DNA of 64,000 nt from Spirochaetia bacterium (GCA_963668315.1 OY764216.1:1440001-1504000); one strand, 5' to 3'. Shown: positions 47,534-57,608, counted from the first letter of the stretch. Notes: generated by a model not told the origin, from the sequence alone. Numbers and translations are program-made.

Positions 47534-48358
47534 ATGAGTATTATTACCATTTCCAGGATTCCCGGTTCCGGCGGGAATGAAGTGGCCCGGCAGTTGGCAG
47601 ACAGAATGAATCTGAATCTTATGGACCGAATGGCTATCGACAATTATATTCAGAACCATCCTGAGTATCCCGGCTGGGTCAAAAGATTGGATGAGCACTC
47701 GCCCGGCTTGTTTGAAAGGGGTAGTGACAGACGTTCCGGCTACCTGGACATTCTCAAGCTGGTCGTTTACGAGACGGCCCTCAAGGGTGATGCTCTCATT
47801 TTGGGGCGGGGGGGACAGTTCCTTCTCAAGGATATCCCCGGCGTTTTTCATGTACGGCTTATCTGCTCGGAAGAGAGAGGCAAAGACAGGATCGCCCTTC
47901 TGCTGGAGGACAAGGATGCGCCCATCGATAAGATCTACAGAAGGATGATCAGCGACAGGGAGGGATTCCACAAGTATTTCTTCCATGCCGACGGTCATGA
48001 GCCCACCTATTACGATATGGTCATCAATACGGATAATATTTCCCAGGAGAGGGTTCTCGACCTTATCGCCTACAGCATGGAGCACAGCTTTGCTTCGGAC
48101 ACGGCCTCCGAGGGTCACCGGGCCATTCAGGACCGCTATCTGGCCCAGAAGATCCATAACCGCATCATCTATGAGAGACAGCTTTCGGTCAATATGCTGG
48201 AAGTGACCGTGGCAAGCGGCAAAGTCACCCTGTCCGGATCGGTCGTATCCGATAAGATCACCGACACCTGCATCAATATCGCTCGGGAGGAGGAGGGGGT
48301 TACCCAGGTAGAATCTCTGCTTTACCTGTACATACCCGGACGTTACGGTCTATATTAG
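47534..48358 (+). CDS. Cytidylate kinase-like protein with C-terminal BON domain
   Basis: IITISRIPGSGG, ILGRGG, YDMVINT; LEVTVASGKVTLSGSV...GVTQVES. Confidence 0.8.
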   Translation: MSIITISRIPGSGGNEVARQLADRMNLNLMDRMAIDNYIQNHPEYPGWVKRLDEHSPGLFERGSDRRSGYLDILKLVVYETALKGDALILGRGGQFLLKDIPGVFHVRLICSEERGKDRIALLLEDKDAPIDKIYRRMISDREGFHKYFFHADGHEPTYYDMVINTDNISQERVLDLIAYSMEHSFASDTASEGHRAIQDRYLAQKIHNRIIYERQLSVNMLEVTVASGKVTLSGSVVSDKITDTCINIAREEEGVTQVESLLYLYIPGRYGLY

Positions 48359-48363
48359 ACTGC

Positions 48364-50922
48364 ATGGAGCAGAAAGAAATAATATACCGTAAGGATTATC
48401 AAAAACCGGATTTTCTGGTTCCCCGTATCGAGCTTTATTTTGATATCGGGGATGAATACATTACCGTTTCCGCCGCCCTGACCGTTCTATTCGACGGGAA
48501 GGGTAAAGCGGCGGAAAGCACCCCCTTTATTTTAGACGGGGAGGATATGGAGCTTCTGTCCGTGGAACTGGACGGAAAGCCCCTGTCCCCGGAAGACTAC
48601 CAGTACAGAAACAGCAAACTCGTCATTACCGGTCTGGGAGAAGAAAGCACCCTGAAGACCGTGGTCAAAATAGATCCCTACAACAACACACAGCTGATGG
48701 GGATTTACCGGTCGGGAGATATCCTATGCTCCCAGTGCGAAGCGGAGGGATTCAGGCGCATCACCCCCTTTCCCGATCACCCGGATATTCTGACACGCTA
48801 CCGGGTGACTATCGAAGGAACCCAGCCCGTCCTGCTGTCCAACGGGAACCTGGTGGCCGAGGAGAAGAGGGGTGACCGGAGAATTGTTACCTGGGAGGAT
48901 CCCTTTCCCAAGCCCAGTTACCTCTTCGCCCTGGTCGCTGGAGATCTGGGCCATATCGAAGACAGTTTTGTTACCTGCTCGGGTAAAACGGTCCCCCTGA
49001 GGATATATACGGACAGGGGAAATGAGAAGCGGGCCCACCATGCCATGGATTCATTGAAAAAGGCTATGAAATGGGATGAGGAGGCCTACGGACTGGAGTA
49101 CGATCTGGACCTTTTCATGATCGTGGCGGTGGATGCCTTTAATTTCGGAGCCATGGAGAACAAGGGACTGAATATTTTCAACTCCTCCTGCGTCCTGGCC
49201 GACAAGGACATCACCACCGACGCCGGCCTCGACCGGATTTCCGGGATCGTGGCCCATGAGTATTTCCATAACTGGACAGGAGACCGCATTACCTGTCGGG
49301 ACTGGTTTCAGCTTACCCTGAAGGAGGGGCTGACCGTCTTCCGGGATCAGTCCTTTACGGCGGATACCACCAGTTACGGGGTCAGCCGGGTGGAGCAGGC
49401 CATCTATCTGAAGCAGATTCAGTTCCCCCAGGATTCCGGTCCGAACAGCCATCCCATCCGCCCCGAGTCCTACCGGGAAATCGACAATTTCTACACGCCC
49501 ACCGTTTACCGCAAAGGGGCTGCCGTCATCCGCATGATCCAGACTCTGGCGGGCAAAGAGGGATTCAGGAAGGGCATCGACGAGTATTTCCGCCGTCACG
49601 ACGGTCAGGCCGTTACCTGTGAGGATTTCCTTTTGTCCATGGAAGCCGGGGGCGGTGTCGACCTGTCTCAGTTCCGCCGGTGGTACAGCCAGGCCGGGAC
49701 TCCCCGGGTGAAGGGGCGGACCGAATGGGACGGCAGGGATACTTTGAAGCTGACCGTGACTCAGGACACGCCGCCCTCCGCTGACGGCAGTCCAAAGGAA
49801 CCTTTTCTCTTTCCCCTGAACGGCGCTCTCTGGTATCCCGACGGTACTCTGGTGAAGGAAGAATCCCTTATCGTCAAGGAGAGGGAGCAGTCCTTTGTCT
49901 TTTCAGGGCTTCGGGAAAAACCGGTTCTCTCCCTGCTCAGGGATTTCAGCGCTCCGGTTATTATGAGCTATGAGCCGCCCGTGGAGGATCTTCTTTTTAT
50001 CCTGGAAAGGGAGACCGATGCCTTCGCAAGGTTCAACGCCTCACGGGAACTCTTTCTGGGCGTTCTCAAAGGGGTATGGGATGAGACTGTTCTGACCGCC
50101 CCCTTTCTGTCCCTTCTGAAAAATGAGAAGGCCGACAGGGAACTGACCGCCTGGCTGATGACACTGCCGACCATAGACGACGCGGCCGACCTCTCTTCTC
50201 CTCTGGATTTTGAAAAAGCCCGTAGCGGACGGAACAGGGTGAAAAGCGCTCTCGGTAAAGGTCTGGAAGGGAAGATCCTTCCCCTCTATCAAAGCCTGGG
50301 AGAGGGCGCCTATGTCTATGATCGTGCCGGTGTAGGGAACAGAGCTCTCAGAGGGGTGCTTCTGGATTATCTGGTAAGTGCCGACAGAACGCATCTGTCT
50401 CTGGCGGAGAAGCAGTATTACGGAAGCGATAATATGACCGACTCCTCAACGGCCCTGAGGTGCCTCTGCCGGTTTCCCGGAGAGGAAAAGGAGAGGGCTC
50501 TGGCCCATTACCTGGAGCGCTGGAAGGATCAGTTCCTTCCCCTGACCCAATGGTTCTCCTACTATTCGGGAGCGGAAGAGGGGGATGTCCTGGCCGATGT
50601 CGCCCGCCTGGAAGGGCATGAGCTTTTCAGAAAGGATAATCCCAATATGGTTCGCGCCCTCTTCGGCGGTTTCGCCGGCAACAGGGCGCAATTCCACAGG
50701 CCCGACGGTCAGGGATACCGGTTTATCGCGGATAAAATCAGGGAACTGGACAGGATCAACCCCGGTGTCGCCGCCGGCCTGGGCGGCTCCTTCTACCGTT
50801 ATTCCCAGCTGGATGGCGGACTGAAAAAGGAGATGGGCCGGGCTTTGGAATCCATACTCTCCGGCGGCCGCCCTTCGGCGGGCGTTCTGGAAATCGTGGA
50901 GAATACTCTGAAGAGTTCCTAA
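48364..50922 (+). CDS. pepN: Aminopeptidase N (M1)
   Basis: SQCEAEGFRRIT, GAMENKGLNIFN, HEYFHNWTG...LKEGLT, FYTPTVY. Confidence 0.97.
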   Translation: MEQKEIIYRKDYQKPDFLVPRIELYFDIGDEYITVSAALTVLFDGKGKAAESTPFILDGEDMELLSVELDGKPLSPEDYQYRNSKLVITGLGEESTLKTVVKIDPYNNTQLMGIYRSGDILCSQCEAEGFRRITPFPDHPDILTRYRVTIEGTQPVLLSNGNLVAEEKRGDRRIVTWEDPFPKPSYLFALVAGDLGHIEDSFVTCSGKTVPLRIYTDRGNEKRAHHAMDSLKKAMKWDEEAYGLEYDLDLFMIVAVDAFNFGAMENKGLNIFNSSCVLADKDITTDAGLDRISGIVAHEYFHNWTGDRITCRDWFQLTLKEGLTVFRDQSFTADTTSYGVSRVEQAIYLKQIQFPQDSGPNSHPIRPESYREIDNFYTPTVYRKGAAVIRMIQTLAGKEGFRKGIDEYFRRHDGQAVTCEDFLLSMEAGGGVDLSQFRRWYSQAGTPRVKGRTEWDGRDTLKLTVTQDTPPSADGSPKEPFLFPLNGALWYPDGTLVKEESLIVKEREQSFVFSGLREKPVLSLLRDFSAPVIMSYEPPVEDLLFILERETDAFARFNASRELFLGVLKGVWDETVLTAPFLSLLKNEKADRELTAWLMTLPTIDDAADLSSPLDFEKARSGRNRVKSALGKGLEGKILPLYQSLGEGAYVYDRAGVGNRALRGVLLDYLVSADRTHLSLAEKQYYGSDNMTDSSTALRCLCRFPGEEKERALAHYLERWKDQFLPLTQWFSYYSGAEEGDVLADVARLEGHELFRKDNPNMVRALFGGFAGNRAQFHRPDGQGYRFIADKIRELDRINPGVAAGLGGSFYRYSQLDGGLKKEMGRALESILSGGRPSAGVLEIVENTLKSS

Positions 50923-51857
50923 TCCTTCGTCAGATCCTCCGGACTTCCGAGGAGAAAGCCTGCCAGAAGCGGGCTGTGGTCCGAGGGGAAAGAACCGTTT
51001 CCCCGCACGGTAAGGGTTCCAGCCCGGATCCGGCGGGATGAAAGGGCGGGGGTAGCGAGCATGTGATCCAGCTGGCAGGGAGTACCTTCATAGGTGTATG
51101 TCGGGGTTTCCACGAGGCTGTTCAACCCGTAGGGCCCCAGGGTGAGGGCGGTGAGGGTTTTTGTCCGGGGTTCATCGTTAAAGTCCCCCGTGAGAAGGAT
51201 CAGCGCCCTTTTCTCTCTCTCAAGAATTTTCCCTATTTCCCGGGATAGGGCCTTCGCCTGGCCGAGTCTCGTCCGGCTGGCTTGTTCTCCTCCCAGCCGG
51301 GACGTGAGATGGACATTGATAAGGTAGATGGTCTTTCCCCCATAGTCGAAGGTGAGGACGAGCGGTTTCCGGCAGAATTCAAAGGCCCGGTCATTCCACC
51401 TGACCGCCGGGGCAGCCGGACGGACCCGGGAGCTGTCGTAAAGGAATCCCGTACGGATATTGGCGCCCGGTTTTCCACCGTCCATGCCGTTCTCGGGTGG
51501 CAGGGTGGCAAATTCGTAGGGCTTCCCCGAGACTTCGGTCAGCCTGTCGGCCAGGGAGGCAAAATTCTCCCCGGCTTTGACGGTTCCGTCATCCTGAATC
51601 CCCGAATCGTCCATAATCTCCTGGAGCGCTATGATATCGGGGCATGACAGATCTTCGGCTAGGATGCCGATTATCCCGTCCCTCTTACGAATATTCTCCT
51701 CTTCCTTCCGTCCGGAAAAACGAAGGGAGTAATTCTCTATGTTCCAGTCGGCAACCCAGAGAATATCCTCCCCGCCGGTTTCTGCCGCCGGCCATTCCTG
51801 TCCGCAGCCGGAGAGAAGGAGTAGGAGAATCGCTAACAAGGGGAAATATGTCTTCAT
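50919..51857 (-). CDS. Lipoprotein of the endonuclease/exonuclease/phosphatase family
   Basis: LLSGC lipobox, WNIEN, LQEI, RKPL, NVHL, GDFND, LDH, SDHSP; AAGGAGG RBS. Confidence 0.88.
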   Translation of the reverse strand: MKTYFPLLAILLLLLSGCGQEWPAAETGGEDILWVADWNIENYSLRFSGRKEEENIRKRDGIIGILAEDLSCPDIIALQEIMDDSGIQDDGTVKAGENFASLADRLTEVSGKPYEFATLPPENGMDGGKPGANIRTGFLYDSSRVRPAAPAVRWNDRAFEFCRKPLVLTFDYGGKTIYLINVHLTSRLGGEQASRTRLGQAKALSREIGKILEREKRALILLTGDFNDEPRTKTLTALTLGPYGLNSLVETPTYTYEGTPCQLDHMLATPALSSRRIRAGTLTVRGNGSFPSDHSPLLAGFLLGSPEDLTKD

Positions 51858-51915
51858 AGAAGCCTCCTTTGCTTCCGGGGCGCAGAAAAAATCTCCCCTG
51901 ACCCGGAATATCCCT

Positions 51916-51944
51916 TTGACACTGAAAAAAAACCGTGTTAACTT
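51916..51944 (+). promoter_or_regulatory. sigma70 promoter of second ABC exporter operon
   Basis: TTGACA-17-TAACTT with TGn extension. Confidence 0.6.
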
Positions 51945-52080
51945 ATTCTTCTGTCCATAGAGCTTCCTCCAGCTGAGGATTTTTTTCCCGATACTGTTAA
52001 CCCCCTGCGAAGCTGCCGCTTTCAATGAAACAGGGTTCCATACCCTCAGTAATCTTTTCATTCAGAAAGGAGGATTACCC

Positions 52081-52893
52081 ATGCCCGGAATAGAAGTCCG
52101 TGATCTGGTGAAAACTTACCGGATCGCCGAGAAAGAATCAGGTCTGGCCGGATCGGTGCGCGGTCTCTTCAGGCGCCGCTATCGAGAAATCCGTGCCCTT
52201 GACGGTATTTCCCTCTCCATAGGCCGGGGGGAGCTGGTGGGATACATCGGGCCCAACGGCGCCGGGAAAAGTACCACCGTAAAGGTTTTATCGGGAATAC
52301 TGGTTCCCGACAGCGGTACCTGCCGTGTCAACGGAAGGGTCCCCTGGGAAAACCGGAGGGACCACGTGGCCCGGATAGGCACGGTATTCGGCCAGAAGAC
52401 CCAGCTCTGGTGGGATCTGCCGGTAAAGGAGTCCTTTGATCTACTCAGGGATATCTACCGTGTCTCCCGGGACGAGTACGAAAGAACCCTGGGGGAGATG
52501 TCGGAAATCTTTGAGCTCCGGGAACTTTACCGGATTCCGGTCCGCCAGCTGAGCCTGGGCCAGAGAATGCGCTGCGACATGGCCGCCGCCCTGCTGCATA
52601 ATCCGGATACCCTGTTTCTCGACGAGCCGACCATAGGGCTGGACGCGGTGGCCAAGCTGACTTTGAGGGAGCTGATCAGCAGGATAAACAGGGAGAAGGG
52701 CGTCACGGTTATCCTGACAACCCATGACATGGACGATGTGGAAGCTTTGTGCCACCGGGTTCTCCTTATCGGCCACGGGAGAATCCTGCGGGACGGAACC
52801 GTTCCGAGCCTGAGGCAGGCCTACGAAGACGGGAACAGCGTGGAATTGGAAGAAGTCGTCCGCCGGCTCTACCGCGAGGAGGCTCTGCGATGA
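52081..52893 (+). CDS. ABC exporter ATP-binding protein (DrrA/NatA-like)
   Basis: GPNGAGKSTT, FGQKTQLWWDLP, LSLGQR, LDEPTIGLD, TTHD. Confidence 0.93.
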   Translation: MPGIEVRDLVKTYRIAEKESGLAGSVRGLFRRRYREIRALDGISLSIGRGELVGYIGPNGAGKSTTVKVLSGILVPDSGTCRVNGRVPWENRRDHVARIGTVFGQKTQLWWDLPVKESFDLLRDIYRVSRDEYERTLGEMSEIFELRELYRIPVRQLSLGQRMRCDMAAALLHNPDTLFLDEPTIGLDAVAKLTLRELISRINREKGVTVILTTHDMDDVEALCHRVLLIGHGRILRDGTVPSLRQAYEDGNSVELEEVVRRLYREEALR

Positions 52894-53726
52894 CCCGGGC
52901 CGGAACGCTGTGGCGCCCCTACGGGAGCTTTCTCTCCGTCAGGCTTCAGTCCCTTCTGCAGTACCGGGCGGCGGCCTGGGCGGGCATTGTCTGCCAGTTC
53001 TTCTGGGGGCTGATAATGATTATGGCCCTTGAGGCATTCTACCGCTCCTCCCGGGCCGTGCCGCCCATGCCCCTGGAGAGGGCCGTGGGATATATCTGGC
53101 TGGGACAGGCTTTTCTGGGAATGCTCCCCTGGAATGTGGACTGGGACATGGACAGGATGGTGAGGGACGGCTCCCTCTGCTACGAGCTCCTCAAACCGCT
53201 GGATCTTCATCTGTACTGGTTTATACGCTCCTTCAGCTGGCGTTTCTCCACCATGATCCTGCGGGTGGTTCCCCAGTTGATTTTTGCCTCTCTTATCCTT
53301 CCCCTGCTGGGTAAACGGGAGTGGGCCCTTCTCCTTCCCGCCGATCCTCTGGTATACCCTTTCTGGTTTGTCTCCGTTGTCCTGGCCCTGTTTCTGAGCG
53401 CTTCCATCACAACCCTGGTGAATATCACGCTGATCTGGAGTATTTCCGGAACGGGGACAAGCCAGCTGACCGGAGCGCTGGTGACTCTTTTCTCCGGAAT
53501 GGTTATTCCCTTGCCGTTCTATCCCGACCGCTGGCAGCTTTTCCTGACCTTTCAGCCCTTTCATGGTCTGGTAGACGGGCCCAACCGGATTTTTACCGGG
53601 GACATCCCTCCCGGCCGGGTTCCGGGAGAGCTCCTCCTGCAGGTCTTCTGGACAGCATTTTTCTTCCTGGCGGGACGTCTCCTTCTGGAAGCGGGAAGGA
53701 AAAAACTTACGGTGCAGGGGGGGTGA
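52890..53726 (+). CDS. ABC-2 exporter permease (ABC2_membrane_6 type)
   Basis: LQYRAAAWAG, VRDGSLCYELLKP, FSGMVIPLPFYP, LTVQGG. Confidence 0.87.
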   Translation: MTRAGTLWRPYGSFLSVRLQSLLQYRAAAWAGIVCQFFWGLIMIMALEAFYRSSRAVPPMPLERAVGYIWLGQAFLGMLPWNVDWDMDRMVRDGSLCYELLKPLDLHLYWFIRSFSWRFSTMILRVVPQLIFASLILPLLGKREWALLLPADPLVYPFWFVSVVLALFLSASITTLVNITLIWSISGTGTSQLTGALVTLFSGMVIPLPFYPDRWQLFLTFQPFHGLVDGPNRIFTGDIPPGRVPGELLLQVFWTAFFFLAGRLLLEAGRKKLTVQGG

Positions 53727-53727
53727 T

Positions 53728-54528
53728 ATGAACAGCATCAGATTATACGCAGCCTATGCGGCTCAATCCTTCAAATCGCAGATGGAGTACCGCTCTTCCC
53801 TTATCATGCAGATTATCGGGCAGTTTCTCATTAATATTATTGAATTCACCGCTCTGTGGGCCCTGTTCGACCGTTTCGGAAATCTCAAGGGATGGACCCT
53901 CCCTGAAGCGGCGTTCTGTTACGGTCTGGTGGGTACGGTTTTCGGGGCGGCGGAATTTTTCACCCGGGGATTCGACGTTACGGGAAACCTCATACAGTCA
54001 GGGGAATTCGACCGGTATCTCCTGCGTCCCCGGTCTCTTGTCCTTCAGCTGTTCGGGTACGAATTGACCCTGAGGCGCATGGGAAGACTGGGGCAGGGGC
54101 TGCTGATTCTTGTCTGGGCCGTATGCGGCTTATCCCTGGAGTGGACGGTGGGGAAAGTTCTGCTGCTGGCGTACACCATTCCCTGCGGCGTGGCCTTCTT
54201 TACAGCCCTTCTTGTTTTCCAGTCCTCCTTCTCCATCAAGGCCGTGAAGTCTCTGGAGTTTATGAATGTTCTTACCTACGGCGGTGTTCAGACCGCCCAG
54301 TATCCCCTGTCGGTTTATACGGATTTCTTCAGGCGGTTCTTTACCTTCGTCATACCTCTGGGGTGTGTGACCTACTATCCCTCTCTGGTAATACTGGGAA
54401 AAGAGGATGAGCTGATATCCTGGAGCGGATTCGGATGGGTCGCCCCGCTGGCAGGGCCGGTTTTTCTGGTATTGGCTCTGATCCTGTTTAAGCGGGCCCT
54501 GACATGGTACGCTTCAACAGGATCGTAG
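53728..54528 (+). CDS. ABC-2 exporter permease (ABC2_membrane_6 type)
   Basis: QMEYRSS, IQSGEFDRYLLRP, QYPLSVY, YASTGS. Confidence 0.87.
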   Translation: MNSIRLYAAYAAQSFKSQMEYRSSLIMQIIGQFLINIIEFTALWALFDRFGNLKGWTLPEAAFCYGLVGTVFGAAEFFTRGFDVTGNLIQSGEFDRYLLRPRSLVLQLFGYELTLRRMGRLGQGLLILVWAVCGLSLEWTVGKVLLLAYTIPCGVAFFTALLVFQSSFSIKAVKSLEFMNVLTYGGVQTAQYPLSVYTDFFRRFFTFVIPLGCVTYYPSLVILGKEDELISWSGFGWVAPLAGPVFLVLALILFKRALTWYASTGS

Positions 54529-54537
54529 GGATAGGGA

Positions 54538-54804
54538 TCAGGCGGAGATTTTCTTGGCCAGGATTTCCTTAAGGGCCATGGTCAGCTGATCGGGGCAGGA
54601 GGTGACTTTCTTGCCGCAGGTGGTACCTTCGAGAAGTTCAATGACTTCGGAAGCCCTCATGCCGGGGGTCAGCCGGGAAATTCCCGCCGTATTACCGGGG
54701 CAGCCTCCGGTGAAAACAATCTCTTCTATCCGGTCATCATCGGTTAATTTAATGTCTATCTGTTTGGAGCATACGCCCATGGGAATGTAGGTATGTTTTT
54801 TCAT
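54538..54804 (-). CDS. TIGR03905 family TSCPD-domain protein
   Basis: GVCSKQI, FTGGCPGN, GTTCGKK.TSCPDQL. Confidence 0.9.
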   Translation of the reverse strand: MKKHTYIPMGVCSKQIDIKLTDDDRIEEIVFTGGCPGNTAGISRLTPGMRASEVIELLEGTTCGKKVTSCPDQLTMALKEILAKKISA

Positions 54805-54810
54805 AGGGTA

Positions 54811-54839
54811 AACATAGGAATAAATTGTAAAAAAGTCAA
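54811..54839 (-). promoter_or_regulatory. sigma70 promoter, leaderless configuration
   Basis: TTGACT-17-TATGTT, ATG 6 nt downstream, no SD. Confidence 0.65.
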
Positions 54840-54857
54840 TTCCTGACAGGACGGGTA

Positions 54858-55910
54858 TTAACGATCCGGTTCCAGTATCTCTGTCGGAACGGTAACGACC
54901 GGGTCTTTCTGTCCGCCCAGAAGGGAGGTAACGGCCTGACGGCCCATCTCTGTCAAATGCTGGTCAATGGTCGTCAGAGGGATGTAGGTGGTCGTTTTAT
55001 CGGTCATATTGCCGTAGCCCAGAATATGGGTGTCCTTTCCGGGAAGACGGCCCTGCTCGACAAGGGCCCCCATGACCCCGATGGCTTCGTAGTCATTGGC
55101 GCAGATGATACCGTCCACATCCGGTACATCCCTGAGAAAGTCCCGGGTGACCGTATAGCCGCTGTAGGCATCAAAATCGCTGGCCCTGAAGGAGAGCCGG
55201 CCTCCCGATGAGGTAAAACTTTCTTCCAGCCTTCTTAATCCCCGCAATTTACGGGAGGCGTTATACTGCTGCTCCCTGCCCTTGAGAACAAGGATGTTCC
55301 GGCAGTTCAGGGACTCCATATATTTCAATGCCGTCTCTCCCGATCTCTCGTAATCGTTGACGATCGATGCGCCGCCGTTCATGACCCACTCCACCGAAAC
55401 AAAGGGTACCGCCCGGGCCACGGTTTCGCACTTCTCCCTGACGGCGCCGAAGGGCTCCTCAATGAAGATAATGCCGTTCCCCTCATCGGCGGCTTTCTCC
55501 AGCTGCTCCATGGTCGTTTCATTCCAGAGAAGTTTGTCCGTATTCAGGCTGTGAATATCCACATCGATGTTTCGTGACTGCGCCTCTCCGTAAACACCGC
55601 TGAGAATCAGGGTATAGAAACTCAGGCCGGAATGGGGCAGGAAGAGGGAGATGCGGGACAGGTCATTCTGTCTGCGGTCCAGAACAAAATAACCCTCTCC
55701 CGGACGGGATTCTATATACCCCTCACGGCGCAGTTCTCCCAGGGCTCTCTGCGCCGTCGCCATGGACACTCCAGCGGAGGAGACAATCTCCCTGACCGAA
55801 GGAATCGACTGGCCCGGAAGGACTTCGCCGTTCATGATCGCGGTTTTGAGAAGGGACTTGATCTGCTTGTAGGGGGGGATATGCAAATCCCGATTAATCG
55901 TCAGTTTCAT
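54858..55910 (-). CDS. GntR-HTH regulator with LacI-type sugar-binding domain (AraR-like)
   Basis: PYKQI..IPSVRE..VSMATAQRAL..L..EG; DGIICAND..AIG, LTTIDQ. Confidence 0.88.
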   Translation of the reverse strand: MKLTINRDLHIPPYKQIKSLLKTAIMNGEVLPGQSIPSVREIVSSAGVSMATAQRALGELRREGYIESRPGEGYFVLDRRQNDLSRISLFLPHSGLSFYTLILSGVYGEAQSRNIDVDIHSLNTDKLLWNETTMEQLEKAADEGNGIIFIEEPFGAVREKCETVARAVPFVSVEWVMNGGASIVNDYERSGETALKYMESLNCRNILVLKGREQQYNASRKLRGLRRLEESFTSSGGRLSFRASDFDAYSGYTVTRDFLRDVPDVDGIICANDYEAIGVMGALVEQGRLPGKDTHILGYGNMTDKTTTYIPLTTIDQHLTEMGRQAVTSLLGGQKDPVVTVPTEILEPDR

Positions 55911-55926
55911 GGAGTGTCCCGGCCTG

Positions 55927-56358
55927 TCAGCAGGGCGTTACCCCTTTCTTCAGGATGATGTTACCGTATTTGGCCGTTTCTCCCGTGATGACGACGGCAT
56001 AGGCTTTTTTAGCCTGTTCGTAAAAGGCAAAGCGCTCCACCCGCTCCGTGGCGGGGCAGCCGGGATAGTATTTCTCTATGACTTTACGGTAGCTCTCCTC
56101 AACCTTGGGGTCCAGCGTGTCACCCGAGGTGGCTTCCATCATGAAGACAGGGGAGGGTACATAGCTGTCCAGTTCAAAAAGGGGAAGGAGGGCGTCGAGC
56201 AGTTCGGGCACTTTGATCCCGTCGGCGCGGATAACACGGCATCCGAAGGTATCGGCAGGGAAGTGGGCATCGGAAAGAACGATCTCATCGCCGTGACCCA
56301 TGCGGCACAGTTCTGCCAGCAGGTCGGGACTGAGCAGGGGGGAAATTCCTTTAAGCAT
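55927..56358 (-). CDS. fucU: L-fucose mutarotase (RbsD/FucU family)
   Basis: [49 protein letters not shown]. Confidence 0.88.
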   Translation of the reverse strand: MLKGISPLLSPDLLAELCRMGHGDEIVLSDAHFPADTFGCRVIRADGIKVPELLDALLPLFELDSYVPSPVFMMEATSGDTLDPKVEESYRKVIEKYYPGCPATERVERFAFYEQAKKAYAVVITGETAKYGNIILKKGVTPC

Positions 56359-56387
56359 AGAAAACTCCTTTTATCATTATATGTTTT

Positions 56388-56416
56388 AGTGTACTAGAAC
56401 ACGTTTCAGCTGTCAA
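56388..56416 (-). promoter_or_regulatory. fucU-gntR promoter with overlapping GntR-type operator
   Basis: TTGACA-17-TACACT; near-palindrome GTGTACTAGAACAC at 56389-56402. Confidence 0.65.
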
Positions 56417-56485
56417 GGTAAGGGTTCGTATCCCTTTGGGGTGAATAAATTTGAATGGCCCGGCCGGGACGAGTCAAATTCTAAG

Positions 56486-56522
56486 GTAAACGATTGCGTA
56501 AACGATTAAATAAGGCTATACT
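56486..56522 (+). promoter_or_regulatory. Dehydrogenase promoter with tandem LacI-type operators
   Basis: TTGCGT-17-TATACT overlapped by GTAAACGATT x2. Confidence 0.55.
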
Positions 56523-56559
56523 GGCTTCAGGAATCGTTACAGCTCTCAAGGAGATATTT

Positions 56560-57570
56560 ATGGAAAAAATGAAAGCGGCCGTTATCATGGGAAAAAACAC
56601 CCTGACCACCGAGGAAAGGGACATCCCCCGTCCCAGGGGGAATGAGGTTCTGATTCAGGTTTACGCCAGCGGAATCTGCGGAACGGATCTGCATATCTAC
56701 CAGGGTGATTATAAAGGAACCTATCCCATCGTTCCCGGCCATGAGTTCTCCGGCAAAATCATCGAGACAGGTCCGGAGGTCAGGAACTTCAAAGCCGGAG
56801 ACCGGGTGGCTGTGGAGCCGAATCTCTCCTGCGGAGTCTGTTATGACTGCCTCAGCAACAGGCAGCATTTCTGCGAGAATACCGAAGCGGTAGGTGTCAC
56901 TCTTCCCGGAGGCATGGCGGAGTACGTGGTAGCTCCGGAGCCAGCTGTATTTCCCATCGGAGATCTGAGCTATGAGGAAGCCGCGTTCATGGAGCCTCTC
57001 TCCTGCGTCCTGCACGGGGTGGAGAGAATCAAGCCTGAGCTGGCGGACAGAGTTCTTCTTATCGGAGCCGGACCTATCGGTCTTCTTCTGCTCCAGAGCC
57101 TCCGAGCCAGGGGCTGCGGCGTAATCGACGTGGTGGACAGGGACCCGTCCCGTCTGGAAATTGCCGGGAAAATGGGAGCGTCTGCAACAACGGACAGCCT
57201 GATTTCTCTGAAGCAGGAGCATTATCATATCGTCTGCGATGCCACCGGCGTTGCCTCCCTCATGGAAGAGACCATCAATTATGTGAGACCTTCGGGCAGA
57301 ATCCTCTGGTTCGGAGTTCCCCATAAGGATGCCGCGGTGACGCTGCCCCCCTTCAGGCTTTTCGAAAAGGAGATATCCATTTTCTCCTCCTATACCTCCC
57401 TTCGCAACTCATGGCAGGCCCTGGAGATGATGAAAGAGGGAAGAATCAATGTGAAGGAACTCATATCACACCGTCTTTCCATTGAGGAATTCGGGAAGGG
57501 GCTGAGTATTCTGGAGAGTCATTCCGAACCGGCGATGAAGATTCTTATTATGCCCCGCGGGACAGAGTGA
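56560..57570 (+). CDS. Zn-dependent (MDR) polyol/sugar alcohol dehydrogenase
   Basis: GICGTDLH, GHEFSG, CGVCYDC..C, EPLSC, GAGPIG. Confidence 0.92.
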   Translation: MEKMKAAVIMGKNTLTTEERDIPRPRGNEVLIQVYASGICGTDLHIYQGDYKGTYPIVPGHEFSGKIIETGPEVRNFKAGDRVAVEPNLSCGVCYDCLSNRQHFCENTEAVGVTLPGGMAEYVVAPEPAVFPIGDLSYEEAAFMEPLSCVLHGVERIKPELADRVLLIGAGPIGLLLLQSLRARGCGVIDVVDRDPSRLEIAGKMGASATTDSLISLKQEHYHIVCDATGVASLMEETINYVRPSGRILWFGVPHKDAAVTLPPFRLFEKEISIFSSYTSLRNSWQALEMMKEGRINVKELISHRLSIEEFGKGLSILESHSEPAMKILIMPRGTE

Positions 57571-57580
57571 ATCCATCCTC

Positions 57581-57608
57581 CCGCCTCTTCCGAGGGGCGG
57601 ATCCTTTT
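57581..57608 (+). terminator. Intrinsic terminator
   Basis: CCGCCTCT-tccg-AGGGGCGG then atccTTTT. Confidence 0.55.

Noticed and set aside
52026..52094. uORF MKQGSIPSVIFSFRKEDYPCPE overlapping the ABC ATPase start
   Set aside because: No SD and not at the predicted TSS; insufficient support
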